Origin: Trypethelium eluteriae
Taxonomy: Eukaryota
Direction of reading: 5' to 3'
Assembly: GCA_051942245.1 (NCBI GenBank)
Contig: JAVECL010000128.1
Location: 1-47,700, forward strand
DNA length: 47,700 nt
Below are positions 23,960-35,194 of this stretch, one piece after another; position 1 is the stretch's first letter, and each line of letters opens with the position of its first letter. A program made the position numbers and the translations under genes. A model generated the notes under the pieces. That model made no database searches and was not told where the DNA came from. It saw nothing but the letters and a program-made list of their open reading frames with translations.

Positions 23960-25682
23960 TCAGAGCAGTTTTCCGGATTCGGCCACCTCGCCAAACACCA
24001 GACCCATTTTCTCAGCACGGGCGTAAGCCTCATTGATTTCCGCTTCGTAAAGCTCGATGCTTCTCTTCCTCTGTACAGTATCCTTACCTCCAGCCCTCGC
24101 CATTGGCTTATCTTTCCTAGTCAACACCACAAGCTCCTTGATTAGTCGGCCATACACGGGTCCGGCCTCATTGGCTTTCTCAAACGTGGACCACACCCTG
24201 TCGACGAGCTCCCGCTCTTGATGCTCTGTCTCTGGCCATCGAGCTGGCTGTAGCAAGATAGCAGGCCTCGAGCGGCCGGTGCCGCAAATCAGCGCTGTCG
24301 CAACTTCAGGGTGCTCTTCTATGACAGCCTCATAAGGGACGACATTCAGCTTCTTTGCATCAGCGAAGACGACCACGTCATCGACGCGCCCGGAGGAGCG
24401 CCACCAGCCTGGCTTGGTCGGGTGCTCGATGTAGAGATCTCGCATAGCGTATGTGTCAGCATCAAGGAAGGTATAGAAGATACCTTGGAAGGGCTCAAGA
24501 GCCTTGTCTCTTGTGTGAATCAGCTCGTACATGTCGCCTGCAAAGTGACGGAAAGAATGCCCAAGGCGTTTGTTGTAATGGTAATAATTCCAGTCTTCCT
24601 GAGGAGGCAGATTACCAGGCAGGATTCCTGTCTCGGTCGAAGCATAAGTGCCGAATAGGCGGGTATGTTTTGCAATGGCGTCACCAACATACGGAGGCAT
24701 GATACCTCCGGCAAAGGATACATTGTCGAGCTTTGAGATATTCTCCAAATAGCTCGGATTTCGGGCGACATCAATCAGGACTGACGGGGAATACCAGGCA
24801 GCTTGTACATTGCCGTGGACATGGATGTGATTTGCGGCAGTACCAGTAAGAGGCCATTCACACGAGATGACAGTTGTAAAATCATGATAGATTCCGCAGG
24901 ACAGAAGGAGAACACCACCAGCATGCACCCATGGGAAAGAGGTCAATACTCGTTTGCCTGCCCAATAGCTACCATACCAAGGCTCATCCCCAAGACTAGG
25001 GAAGAGCTGAAACGCGTCATGAGCAGCCACTGTCCCTTGTTTCATGACCAGGATTTTTGGAGTACCCGTAGTACCAGATGAATGCATAACGACATATGGG
25101 TCTTTCCTCGCTTCTTCAAACGTCTTACTATATGGATACGGCTGGACAGACTCCTCCGCAAGGAAGTGATCCAGCTCAGGCAGGATGTACTTGTCCATTT
25201 TGCGGTGATCCAACACAGACTTTGCTGCCTCAGACATCTTCTCGGGGGTAAACAGGATGGTGCATTGGAGCTTTTCTAGTAGAGCAACTTGGACGTCCGG
25301 GCGATTTCGAGGGGAGCTATAGAACATCTGCAGGGGGTCATTAAGCGACTTTTACAATCTCACATCCTGAGCACACCTTATAGCCCGCCTTGATGGACGC
25401 AAAGATGAGTATAACATGTCTGAAGTCCATCGGAGACAGGTAAGTAGCTATAGACGGGAAGTCAACACCCTTCCCCAGCAGACTCTCCATCCACCAGGCA
25501 CAACGGTCAATTGCTCGGGCCAGTGTCGCGTACGAAACATCTCGCAGACCATCATTGATATTATCTGTAGCTGGTATGGACATAAAGCATCGTTGGGGAT
25601 CAGAGCGGGCAAGGCTGTCAATGATGGCGGTCAGGAGTCGTTTCCCAGCACCCTCGGGGGGGATACGCCTAGGTTCTGCCAT
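23960..25682 (-). CDS. AMP-binding (adenylate-forming) enzyme of the NRPS-like/carboxylic-acid-reductase clade, A domain only, about 557 aa
   Basis: Exons 25682-25377 and 25327-23960 (intron 25328-25376). P-loop VMHSSGTTGTPK, YASTETG, YAMRDLY, GRVDDVVV, RAGGKDTVQRK. Stop follows directly after the A domain. Confidence 0.9.
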
Positions 25683-26464
25683 TATTGTAAAAGAGGAAGC
25701 TGCATAAAGGTGAGTGCTGTAAAGAGTTCAGTGCTTATGGAGTGGGTCGTGGCAGCCCAGAGGAAACGAGAAGCATTTTGGGTACTCCGTAGTCACTTCA
25801 AGGAGGCTCAAATCAGCCGCACAGCTAGCTCTGCGCACACATGGCAAACACGGGCTGAAAAGCAAAAACGTCAGGCCTAACTCTCAATGGACTCGTTCAT
25901 GCCTTGGGCTGCCACAGGCTAAGTGCATGGGGCGACTGTGCCGCCGTGCATCCCACCAATCCCTGGCCCGTTCCTACGGTACCACAACTACCAAACCGTT
26001 GAGACCCCTGATGCGCCGTTGAAAGTACAAGGTACTCCCCTGAAAGAGATTATCTGCAAAACTGTGCCCAGGGAACTGGCTATGGGGAGTCCCGTCGATG
26101 GTGCTTGTGCATGTAGCTGTGCCGCCAATATGGCAGGCCAACAGTAAACGCTGTCTGGGTATTGTCGCCGATTGGGTCAACCTGCCCAAGTGATGACGGC
26201 CATTTCCATCACACAGGCCGTGGCACAGATACCGGGATTGGTCGACAATTTACGACTGTTGGCACCGTTACCATCGGCACCAGTCTTTGCGAAAATTGTG
26301 CAGCATTTGCCGTGCGCGGCACCGATAACCAGGGCTAATTCCTTGGTCTGCGCGTGGCGCCGAACGCTTTTATTACGGAACCTACCGTAGGCGTGCACTC
26401 GTATAACGATATTTATCAGGTTGCACCACGACCAACTTTCAAGACTACAAGTTGAAATCTGCAC

Positions 26465-26476
26465 CCCGTTCATCCG
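26465..26476 (+). promoter_or_regulatory. Putative carbon-source-responsive element (Cat8/Sip4/FacB-type Zn2Cys6 site)
   Basis: CCCGTTCATCCG fits the yeast CSRE consensus YCCNYTNRKCCG at every position and lies in the divergent promoter of the A-domain and MCT genes. Confidence 0.35.
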
Positions 26477-26849
26477 CGCCCACTCAGTCTGCGACTATAT
26501 TTCACTACCGGAGCTGCCCCTGACGCCACCAACACTGGATTTCGTGCAGTAGAAACTTCCTTCTCGATATCGCGTCATGCTGTTTAGGCAACTGTCTCGG
26601 GAGGATTCAGATTCTGGTCTTGATTTGGGCCGTTGTCACCATCAGCAATGGCACCTGAGGTCATATCCAGGAGCCGATTGGCCCGGTCCCGTACCTTGGT
26701 GATCCACAATGACTGTGTCTGCGGTCGGATCTTGCGCCACTTAACATCAGCCATGGTGTATTTCGACCGAGGGTGCGAGTGCCAGGCTCTGTGTGATATC
26801 AGGAGTTTTGCACCCTCTCTGCCTCGTCCATCCATCACAGTTCTCTACA

Positions 26850-28445
26850 ATGTTTGACTCTCGATCTTCTACCAGCACAGAGCCTAAGGGCTTCGATTTT
26901 GAGCCCTCAGAAAAATCTATGCCTCTGCAAGATTCTGCTCCTGAGTCAGTTCCACGCTTTTCCTAGAAAGGAATTCTTCCTCACGGGAGTGGCTTTTCTG
27001 ACTGACTCGAGCAGAACCAAAGGAGCTGATCTATTCCACCGTGATGGCAATGAGGATTCTCGGCCTCCAACTCCTCCGGTAACGAATATCGATATATCTA
27101 ATCCTCAAACGCTGCCTCCAAATGGCGGTCTTCGGGCATGGATGCAAGTCGCGGCGTCGTTTTGCATTTTCTTCAGCACATGGTGAGTGTTACACGATAG
27201 AATATGGAATACAGTCAGGACATTTCTGGATCAAAATGTCTGATAGCAACACTAGGGGCGTCGTGAACATGTACGGTGTCTACCAGACATACTATTCTGT
27301 CGCTATCTTACAATCTTCGTCATCCTCTGCCATCTCATGGATTGGATCTACACAAGCGTTTCTTCTCTTCCTCATAGGCACTCTTGTAGGACCCATTTAT
27401 GATGCTGGTCACGTTCATATATTACTAGTTTCGGGCTCTTCCCTGACTCTACTTGGAGTTTTCATGACCAGCATTTGCAAGAATTACTGGGAGCTATTTC
27501 TCGCACAGGGTGTAGTGACGGGTGCTGGCTTCGGGTGCCTATTTCTTCCCGGAGTGACGATCGTTTCACAATACTTTAGCACCAGGAAAGCATTTGCGAC
27601 TGGTATTGCATCTCTGGGCAGTAGCATTGGTGGGCAACGGGATTCTTATACCGCTCACATGATGGTGTTGCTGACTCAATGTAGGGGGTGTCATCTATCC
27701 CATCACTTTTACACAACTTCAGCCCCGAATCGGTTTCGGATGGGCTACGCGAGTCATTGGATTCATTCTTTTGATAACCCTAATACTCCCCCTCATTGTC
27801 ATGCGCCCGCTCAAATATCCCCCGAAGCGAAGATCTCTCCTGGATATTAAGGCGCTGCGTGATGTACCATATGTCTTCTTTGGACTCGGCATCCTCTTCG
27901 GCTACATGGGCATTTATGTCGTCTTCTTTTACGTGCAGCTTTACGCCATGTCAAACGCGGATATGAGCCCCCGTCTAGCATTTTACTTACTTGCTATCAT
28001 CAACGCTGGGTCCTCCCTCGGCCGAATCCTCCCCAATTTTGCGGCAGACAAGGCGGGTACTCTGAACATGCAGATTTTATTTGCATCTGCATCTTCTGTG
28101 TTGAGCCTGTCGTTGCTCGCTATCAAATCGGTCAACGGTGTTATTGCCTTCTGTGTTCTATACGGGTTCTTTACTGGCACTTTCGTCAGTTTGCCGGGAC
28201 CGACGGTCGCCAGTTTGTCTCCCGATATGGCTTCTCTGGGCGGAAGAATGAGTATGGCGTTCATGTCCGCGGGTACAGGACTCCTAGTGGGAAGTCCGGT
28301 TGCCGGTGCCATACTATCGAGTAACGGTGGGAACGATTGGACCATGCTTCAGGTATGGTCTGGAATCCTACTGGTTTTGTCGGCAACATGCATGATTTGC
28401 GCCAAAGTGGCAAAAGTGGGTTTTCGGTTCAGAGCAAAAGCTTAG
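26850..28445 (+). CDS. MFS monocarboxylate-porter family (MCT/Mch-like) transporter
   Basis: Exons 26850-26944, 27015-27182, 27256-27629, 27685-28445. PPNGGLRAWMQVAASFCIFFSTWG, YGVYQTYY, ISWIGSTQAFL, GPIYDAG, QYFSTRKAFATGIASLGSSIGGVIYP, IGFGWATR, GRILPNFAADKAG. Confidence 0.92.
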
Positions 28446-28803
28446 ACAGTTTCCTTGAGTTTTTTTTACCACTTCTTTCAGCGAGTGATACATTTGTTAT
28501 TGTTTCCACTATCTACTAAACACATGAAAAAAAAATTACAATATCTTACGAATATGTCCGTCGTGCATAGGGTATCTTCGAGGCATGGATCGCATTACAT
28601 GCGTAATGGATGCGGTCTTGCGTCACGATTCAATGCATCTTGGACTTTCCCGCCGTAGAACGGGAAGTCGCTGCTGCACAACACGAGAAGTATCCTCGAG
28701 GCAGCGGAAACTTTTGTGGATCTCAACAGGACCCAGTCGCAACAGCTTAAAACGCAAATACGAACGATAAGAGTATTCACTGCTCTACAACGAAGAAAAG
28801 TGT

Positions 28804-29717
28804 CTAATCAACCCGGAGATGCGTCAAATCTCCAACAGGAAGCTTGATCATCGTAGCGCCACCACCCCAGAGTCCAGCAGTACCAGCCCAATCTAGCGAA
28901 TTCGTTCAGTCACAACTCAATTTGATTTCAAGGTGGACCACTTACATGCACAGAAAGCTACCACGAACCCGACACCTCGACTGGCCAACATGACCTTGCT
29001 GTTGCCAACCATGTAGCCTACAGCCAGTAACAGTGCCTCGAGGTCGAAGAATCCAAGCGTGAGTAACAAAGCCCAAGAAGCGCGAGTGGCGGCAACTGTA
29101 AAGATGACACTGATGATGAACCAAGCCCAGACGAGAAGAGCTAGGGCTTGGTCAAGTTCAGGCAAAGGTTTTCCGGTCGTTGGATCACTGTATGCAGCCA
29201 GCACTCCTGTTGATGGGATGAAGATAAAAGCGTATGCCATATTGAAGCCAGCGTAGGCCGAGAATACAGTTGCCCCAAACTGCGACGGCATATCAGCATG
29301 AAATTGAGAAAAGCAATAATCCACGGGCCATACTGTGTTCCCAGCAACGAACTCCATGATCCCGGAAATGTACTGACATACACCTCCAAAGAAGATCATG
29401 GTGGTAATGATAATATTCGGTTCTTCCACCCCACGCGTGCCGACTCCGGTAAAGGAAACCAGAAAGACAGAAGTAGCAAAGGACAGTAAACCCAAGGGGG
29501 CAGGATTAGCGAATTTCCTGTGGTATACAGGCAGCGCAGGTTGTGAGGTATCATTGGTCCGCTGCGCCTCGAGCTCTATCTGCTCTGCATGCTTCTGCAT
29601 GGCATGCATCATATCCGAATCAGAAGACATGCTGGGACATGAAAAGGAGGGGGAGGTATGTCAATCTGCTTGTCCAAAGAGAAATAGGAAGATATGCAGA
29701 GAAGCCCACGCGACCAT
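28804..29717 (-). CDS. Gpr1/Fun34/YaaH (Ady2/AcpA/SatP) acetate transporter family
   Basis: Signature KFANPAPLGLLSFA and GIMEFVAGNT|FGATVFSAY. Introns 29280-29333 and 28893-28945; last exon ends YWAGTAGLWGG...LPVGDLTHLRVD*. Start is either ATG 29630 or ATG 29717 via intron 29632-29709. Confidence 0.92.
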
Positions 29718-31241
29718 GTTGTAACCAGGGGCGGGACAAGATATAAAGGTATGCTGCACAAGCCAAAAGCCGCAAGGGAGGCCAATGAAACTAGGACGTT
29801 TGACACAAGAACTACGAGTCCCTGCGTGGCGGAGATGGGACGGTCCTAAGAAGATCTTGGCTCTGCTACTCTACACCATTCCACCATTCTCCAAGCCCCC
29901 AAGGAACAGACCACATGTGTCTAGAGGAGGATGTTTAGGGAGATCCTCCAATCACCCTGAGTGTGTTGGGGAACCCTTTCGACTACCCATGGCCCGTCGT
30001 ACATAACCGAAAAAGCACGTTTTGAATGCGTAAGCGATCTCTGGATGGATGTCGCACAAGTCACCCAAGTGGTAGCCACGCGACGAGGCTTAGGTACCTT
30101 GCCGATCTAAAGTGCTGTTGGGACATGAACTCTCTGCACTGACATTGCATGTTCCTCGGGAAATCCAACTTCACAGCGGTGTTTTGGACCGCCCACGAAT
30201 CCTTCCTACAAGACTAGTACTACCAATTGTGGTCGAGATTTTGCAGATGCCGTGCGCATCAATGGTTCGCCATCGACGAGCCGGTGATAGTCCAGCCTAA
30301 AGTAGGACCGGACAAAAGAGCGGCAAAGGAGATACATCCACCCGAACAACGTCTAACCGGGCGCGGGCAAGCGTTCAACAACTGCAACCTTCACTTTCTT
30401 AGCGCCACGACTTACTCCGTAGTTGCATCCAAGCTGAAAGCCACGCACGGTAGCGGCGGGCGAAAAGGCTTTGACGTTCAGAGCGCCTGCAAGCCTGGCT
30501 TGTCTACGCGTCATATCATTCTGCCAAGCATCAGGTTTGGCCCAGCCGGGGACCAGCATTGGTAAATTTACCGTAATTTGACATCTCATCTTTATGGCAT
30601 ACTGCAGGAAAGAGGGTTCCTGCCGTACGAAGTACTACTCTTCTCATGCAGGACAGGACACGCATCTGCGACGAGGGCTCCGAGCGCTGCGACCAAGCAG
30701 TGGGAATCGTCCAATCATTACCCTTGCGCGATATGCAAGCGAGGTGCATTAACTGCTCTAGCTACTCCACCATGGAATCCTTGAGCCCAGGTTTTGACAT
30801 TCTCAGAGGCGACTAGCCTCCACACGTGCTGGCACCGCATAACCGACTCCGTACCTGTCCTGGCCCTGGTCATCTTAATTATCACCTTTAAACCCCGTCA
30901 GTCGTCTTAGGGGAGACCCTTCCCCACCAGCCCAGCTCGAGTCATTATTCAACGGTCCCCGTCTCGCTGTGTAACTCACTTCAGTCACTTTGTGAGCTAT
31001 GCCCTTAAGCTAGTCTACGGACGAAACAGTTCAGGCAATCTGTACAGCAGATCTGTCCTTCCTATTTAGGATCTGAGAGCATCCTTATTTCGATCCCAGG
31101 GGCAAATCGTTATTGGGGTTATCCCAGTGATCTTATTACGTTGCTGACCCCACAACGTGCGACCTACTTTTTCAGCTGGTCACTACACCGATTACATAGG
31201 ATGCGAACACGAGGCATCTCTCATTTCAAACTTTTCACATA

Positions 31242-32674
31242 ATGGCTGAAATCACGGCGCACGAGAGGCACAACCAGATCCTCATTATCGGGCTGACAAC
31301 GACACTCTTGGCTCTATGCTGGATCCTATACTGCCTCCGGATTGTATCTCGAAAAGTATGGCGGACACCATTATGGATCGACGACTGGTTCATGCTCTTC
31401 GCTCTGGTATGCTCTCTAAAAAATTTCGCATGAAAATAGAGGCTCGACATGTCGCTGACCTGCAATCAGTTCGTCTGCACGATGATGAGTGTTTTGAACT
31501 TTGTAGGCGTAAGATTCGGGTCTGGTGTTCATCGTGAACATCTTGACCCTGGAGAATACCGCAAGTTCCAGATCGTGAGTTGAAGGAAGCCTATGCTCGG
31601 ATTCCTAACTGACTCGTCACCTCAGAATCTCTATGTCTTCATGATGGGCTGGGCGCTCGGTGTGGCAGTGGTCAAAATCGGCATCTTGATCTTCTACTGG
31701 CGTATCTTCAGCATCCAGTCCTTCCGGCGCAAGGTACTCATTCTTGGCGCTGGTCTTCTTTGCGCTAGTACTGCAATCTTCCTCACGTTCATGTTCCAAT
31801 GCACACCGATCCCACGTTTTTGGGCTGGGACGGACAGCGGATATTGCATCAACCAGGTCGCCTTTTACATATCGGGAGGAACGCTCAACATCGTGGGCGA
31901 CGCAGCCGTCCTTGCTTTGCCAATACATCAAGTCTGGATACTCAAAGCTTCGAAGCAGCAAAGGATAGCTCTAGTTTTTCTGTTCTTGCTAGGAGGCTTG
32001 TACGTCCGACCTAATTCCTACCATTTGCGTTCAGCTAAATGGCTAACACCACAACTCTACAGTGTGTGCATCACGAGCATCTTTCGACTAATTGCCCTCA
32101 ATGAGATCGATCCAGAAGACTTTTCCTGTAAGTAGAGTTTCTCTTACTCTTTCGGCATTCCAAGGCTCTGTTGATGATGGAATCGCGTCTAATTCATTGA
32201 GTAGATACCAATGTGGGAGGAGGGCTTTGGTCGACCGTGGAAGTTCAGGTTGGCTTTATATGCGCAAACATGCCTCATCTACGGCCTCTATTCATTAAAT
32301 TCTTCATGCCCCAGAAAGCAAGCACCGGTGGTGCCAGTGGCGGAAGTGCTGATCGATTCCGCGGTTATGCTGGGTCTGGCAATGGTCACGCCATGTTGGG
32401 CTCAGGAAATGGCTTCCGTAAAATACACGAACTTCGCCACGGAGTCGTCGAGGAGACTCCGACGGAAAATGGACACAGCGAAGACGTAGATTTGGAGGGC
32501 TACGGCTCGCAACTTGAGCTCGCCCCTATTCAGCAAGAGGGCAAAGGTATTGCAGTGCATACTCATGTCAGACAAGAGGTGATGTCTCCGGGTGAGAACA
32601 TCAGTGAGTCGAACGAGGGATGGCAGAATCCTCAAATATCGACGAGGATCATATCAGACCGCCAGCAGAGATAG
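31242..32674 (+). CDS. PTH11-like 7-TM integral membrane protein (fungal rhodopsin domain, no CFEM)
   Basis: LRIVSRK...LWIDDWFMLFAL, GSGVH, VKIGILIFYWRIF, FQCTPIPRFW...GYCI, NIVGDAAVLALPI..VWIL, WSTVEVQVGFICANMPHLRPLF. Introns 31407-31469, 31575-31625, 32000-32062 and one at about 32128-32204. Confidence 0.92.
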
Positions 32675-35194
32675 GATATGCTCTACAAAATCGGCGCTTC
32701 GGAATCTAACAAGAGATCATGGAAAATGTATTAATACGGGTATTACGACTAGTCGCTATTGAGACAGTAATTCAGTGAGTAAGGCTTTCACTGCCAATTC
32801 ATCAGAAATTTTCATACTATCATCTGCATTCAACGATGACAAGCATCTGCCTGTGTAGGTCACAGTTAGACAGACCAGTCCTGCCTTAACATGACAAATA
32901 TAATGGATTGATGAAAAGGAAGCCTAGAGTCAACTCTATGAGAGTCGACCATTGAACTGGCTCCAATAGGGACTAGGGGATGCATTGTCTCGCATCGCTC
33001 CCAAAGACAGGAACCATTCTGCTGCTCACTCAGGGTTCATGTTACTTAACTGGACTACGGAGTAAGTGCTTCGAAATTACGTGTTACAGCCACATAATCA
33101 AGTCTGTACATAGTATAATGTACATGAGACGGATTATTATTCCGCTGACCCCAATCAGCAGTGGAGAGAACCAACAATTACCAGATGCGCTTCACATTAG
33201 TTTCAAATCAGAGTCGTGCCGATCTGATTGTTTCGAGTAAGGATTCAACACCGAGTAAAGCTTCAGGGGCGCACTCGCAGATTTTCCCTCGAGCCTCGGA
33301 ACTTGCTACCCTGCATTGGCCTTATCTTGCGGTAAAACGAGGGCCAGGATCGGGTATCCAAGTACGGCACTCCTTTCATGGATTCATGCTTCCATGGGAC
33401 CACCGAACGATGCTTCCATGCACTGGATGCAGATGAGCGTGGGCAACATCAGGTATGGGTCTCACGCAAGCCGCGGTGCCACGGTGCGCACCTTACGCCT
33501 CCTTTTCGTCCAATTCCGGCAGGTACACGGTACATTGTAACGGCCCGGCCGGCACGAGCCTAAATGGGACAATGACAGCGGCACCGGGCAAGGGTCCGCA
33601 TCTGGTATGTGCGTCCGCGACACTACCGAGGCGGGTGGCGCTCTTTCCGTAACTAGTAGAGCTAATATGATGGGGACCCCGATGATTTAGGTAAGATATT
33701 TACGGGAGGCGGCGACCCCGACTATAACGATATGCGGTATGCGCGAAGCCGTAATAAAAGACTACCAACGATTTGTTTTTTGCAAACACGCTCGGCACCA
33801 ACATCATTAGGGCCACATCAGATCGTGCTCCCCTCTGCCTCCCTTTCACTGCTGTAGCAAAAGCAAAATCCATGACCGAGTCTATGACCTATCCTCAGAT
33901 CTCTACATCTGTTTCTGCAACATTAAACGAGGAGGAGATTTTGCCTATAGGCGTCTCATCTAGCGCACCGTTGGTGGCGTCAGTAAAAAAGTCAAGGTCA
34001 CCGAATCCCCCGGACTGGATGGCGCAACCTTTCTTGTATGGCTTGCAGCAAGATGCTTCTGCTCTCCTGTTGATCAATGCTTCGTTCATTCAAAGCACGT
34101 TTTTCCTGCAAACAATGAATCCTTCGTCTGTACCACTCTCCTCATCCCTGGAATGATCTGATTGGTCTTTCGACCCAAAACGTCCAACTTGGTTAGAGTA
34201 CGGAATGAGATCGACTGCGAATTCACCTCATCAGGAAAGTTACCGATACCTGCCTTCGCCGATTCAGCCTCGCCGGGGTCAGGATAGGAATGAGCAGCGG
34301 GTGCTATCGACTCCGCCCACCTCCTCCGCTTCACCACTGCTAACTAAGGCGAATTCACTACATCAAAGACTGATTCCAAATAGCCACGTCGTCATTGCTT
34401 CTGAACCATTGCTCTGTTCATTGTAACCAAATCTGCGCGATCGTCCGCTAGATGTTGCTGTACAACCTTCTTCGAGCTGATCTCTCGTCAGATTCAGGAA
34501 AGAGCTTTTACATACGGTAGCTGCTCCATCACGTCCGTCTTTTCCGCCTGCTTTGTGCCGCGGTCTACAGCTGTTTCCTCCTGCTGCTTATCTCTCGACG
34601 CTTGTGCGAAAAAAGCACGCTCATGCATGCAACTTCCATGACTACTGCCGCGTGATGTAGGGATCTCCAGGCCTGACGTAACGAGGCCTCCGCGCACGCA
34701 GCGCATTGATGCTCAAGAAAGCCAACTTGAATCAACTTGTGGCCTTCTTAGGCAGCGATGAACGATCTCTGATCTGCTCAGAATATGCAAGTTCTGGACA
34801 TCGAACGCTACAGAATGCGGAAATCCTTTCTTCGTGTACTGAACCATTTCAGTGCTAAACGGCCTTTCCTATCAAGGAAGCGCCAGCAAACGAAGCTTTC
34901 TGGAGCTCCGAAAGGTGACCGCGCGGCAAAGCTAGTCCCGAAGACTCTCCGAGCCGACTTTTCTATTCTGTATTCGGAATTGTTGAGCAATTAACCTTGC
35001 AATCGAGAGACTTGTCAAAGAGAACTTCGACTCACATTTTTGGGTGTCATAGTTCGAGCTCATGAATTGATGAGTAACATAGCTCAATGATGCTAGGTTC
35101 CGCGACTCTTTATAGCATTTTCTCGACGTTAAGGTGTCACATGTATAGCTGATAATATTTATTGACTTGTAGTGGGAGAACTGGTGCGAGCTTG

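Noticed and set aside
32925..32938. Small palindrome TAGAGT-CA-ACTCTA
   Set aside because: A 6-bp stem is expected by chance in 47 kb; no partner terminal repeat or target-site duplication seen.
33660..33725. GGGGACCCC palindrome and repeated GACCCCGA as a possible transposon end
   Set aside because: No matching second end or transposase remnant found.
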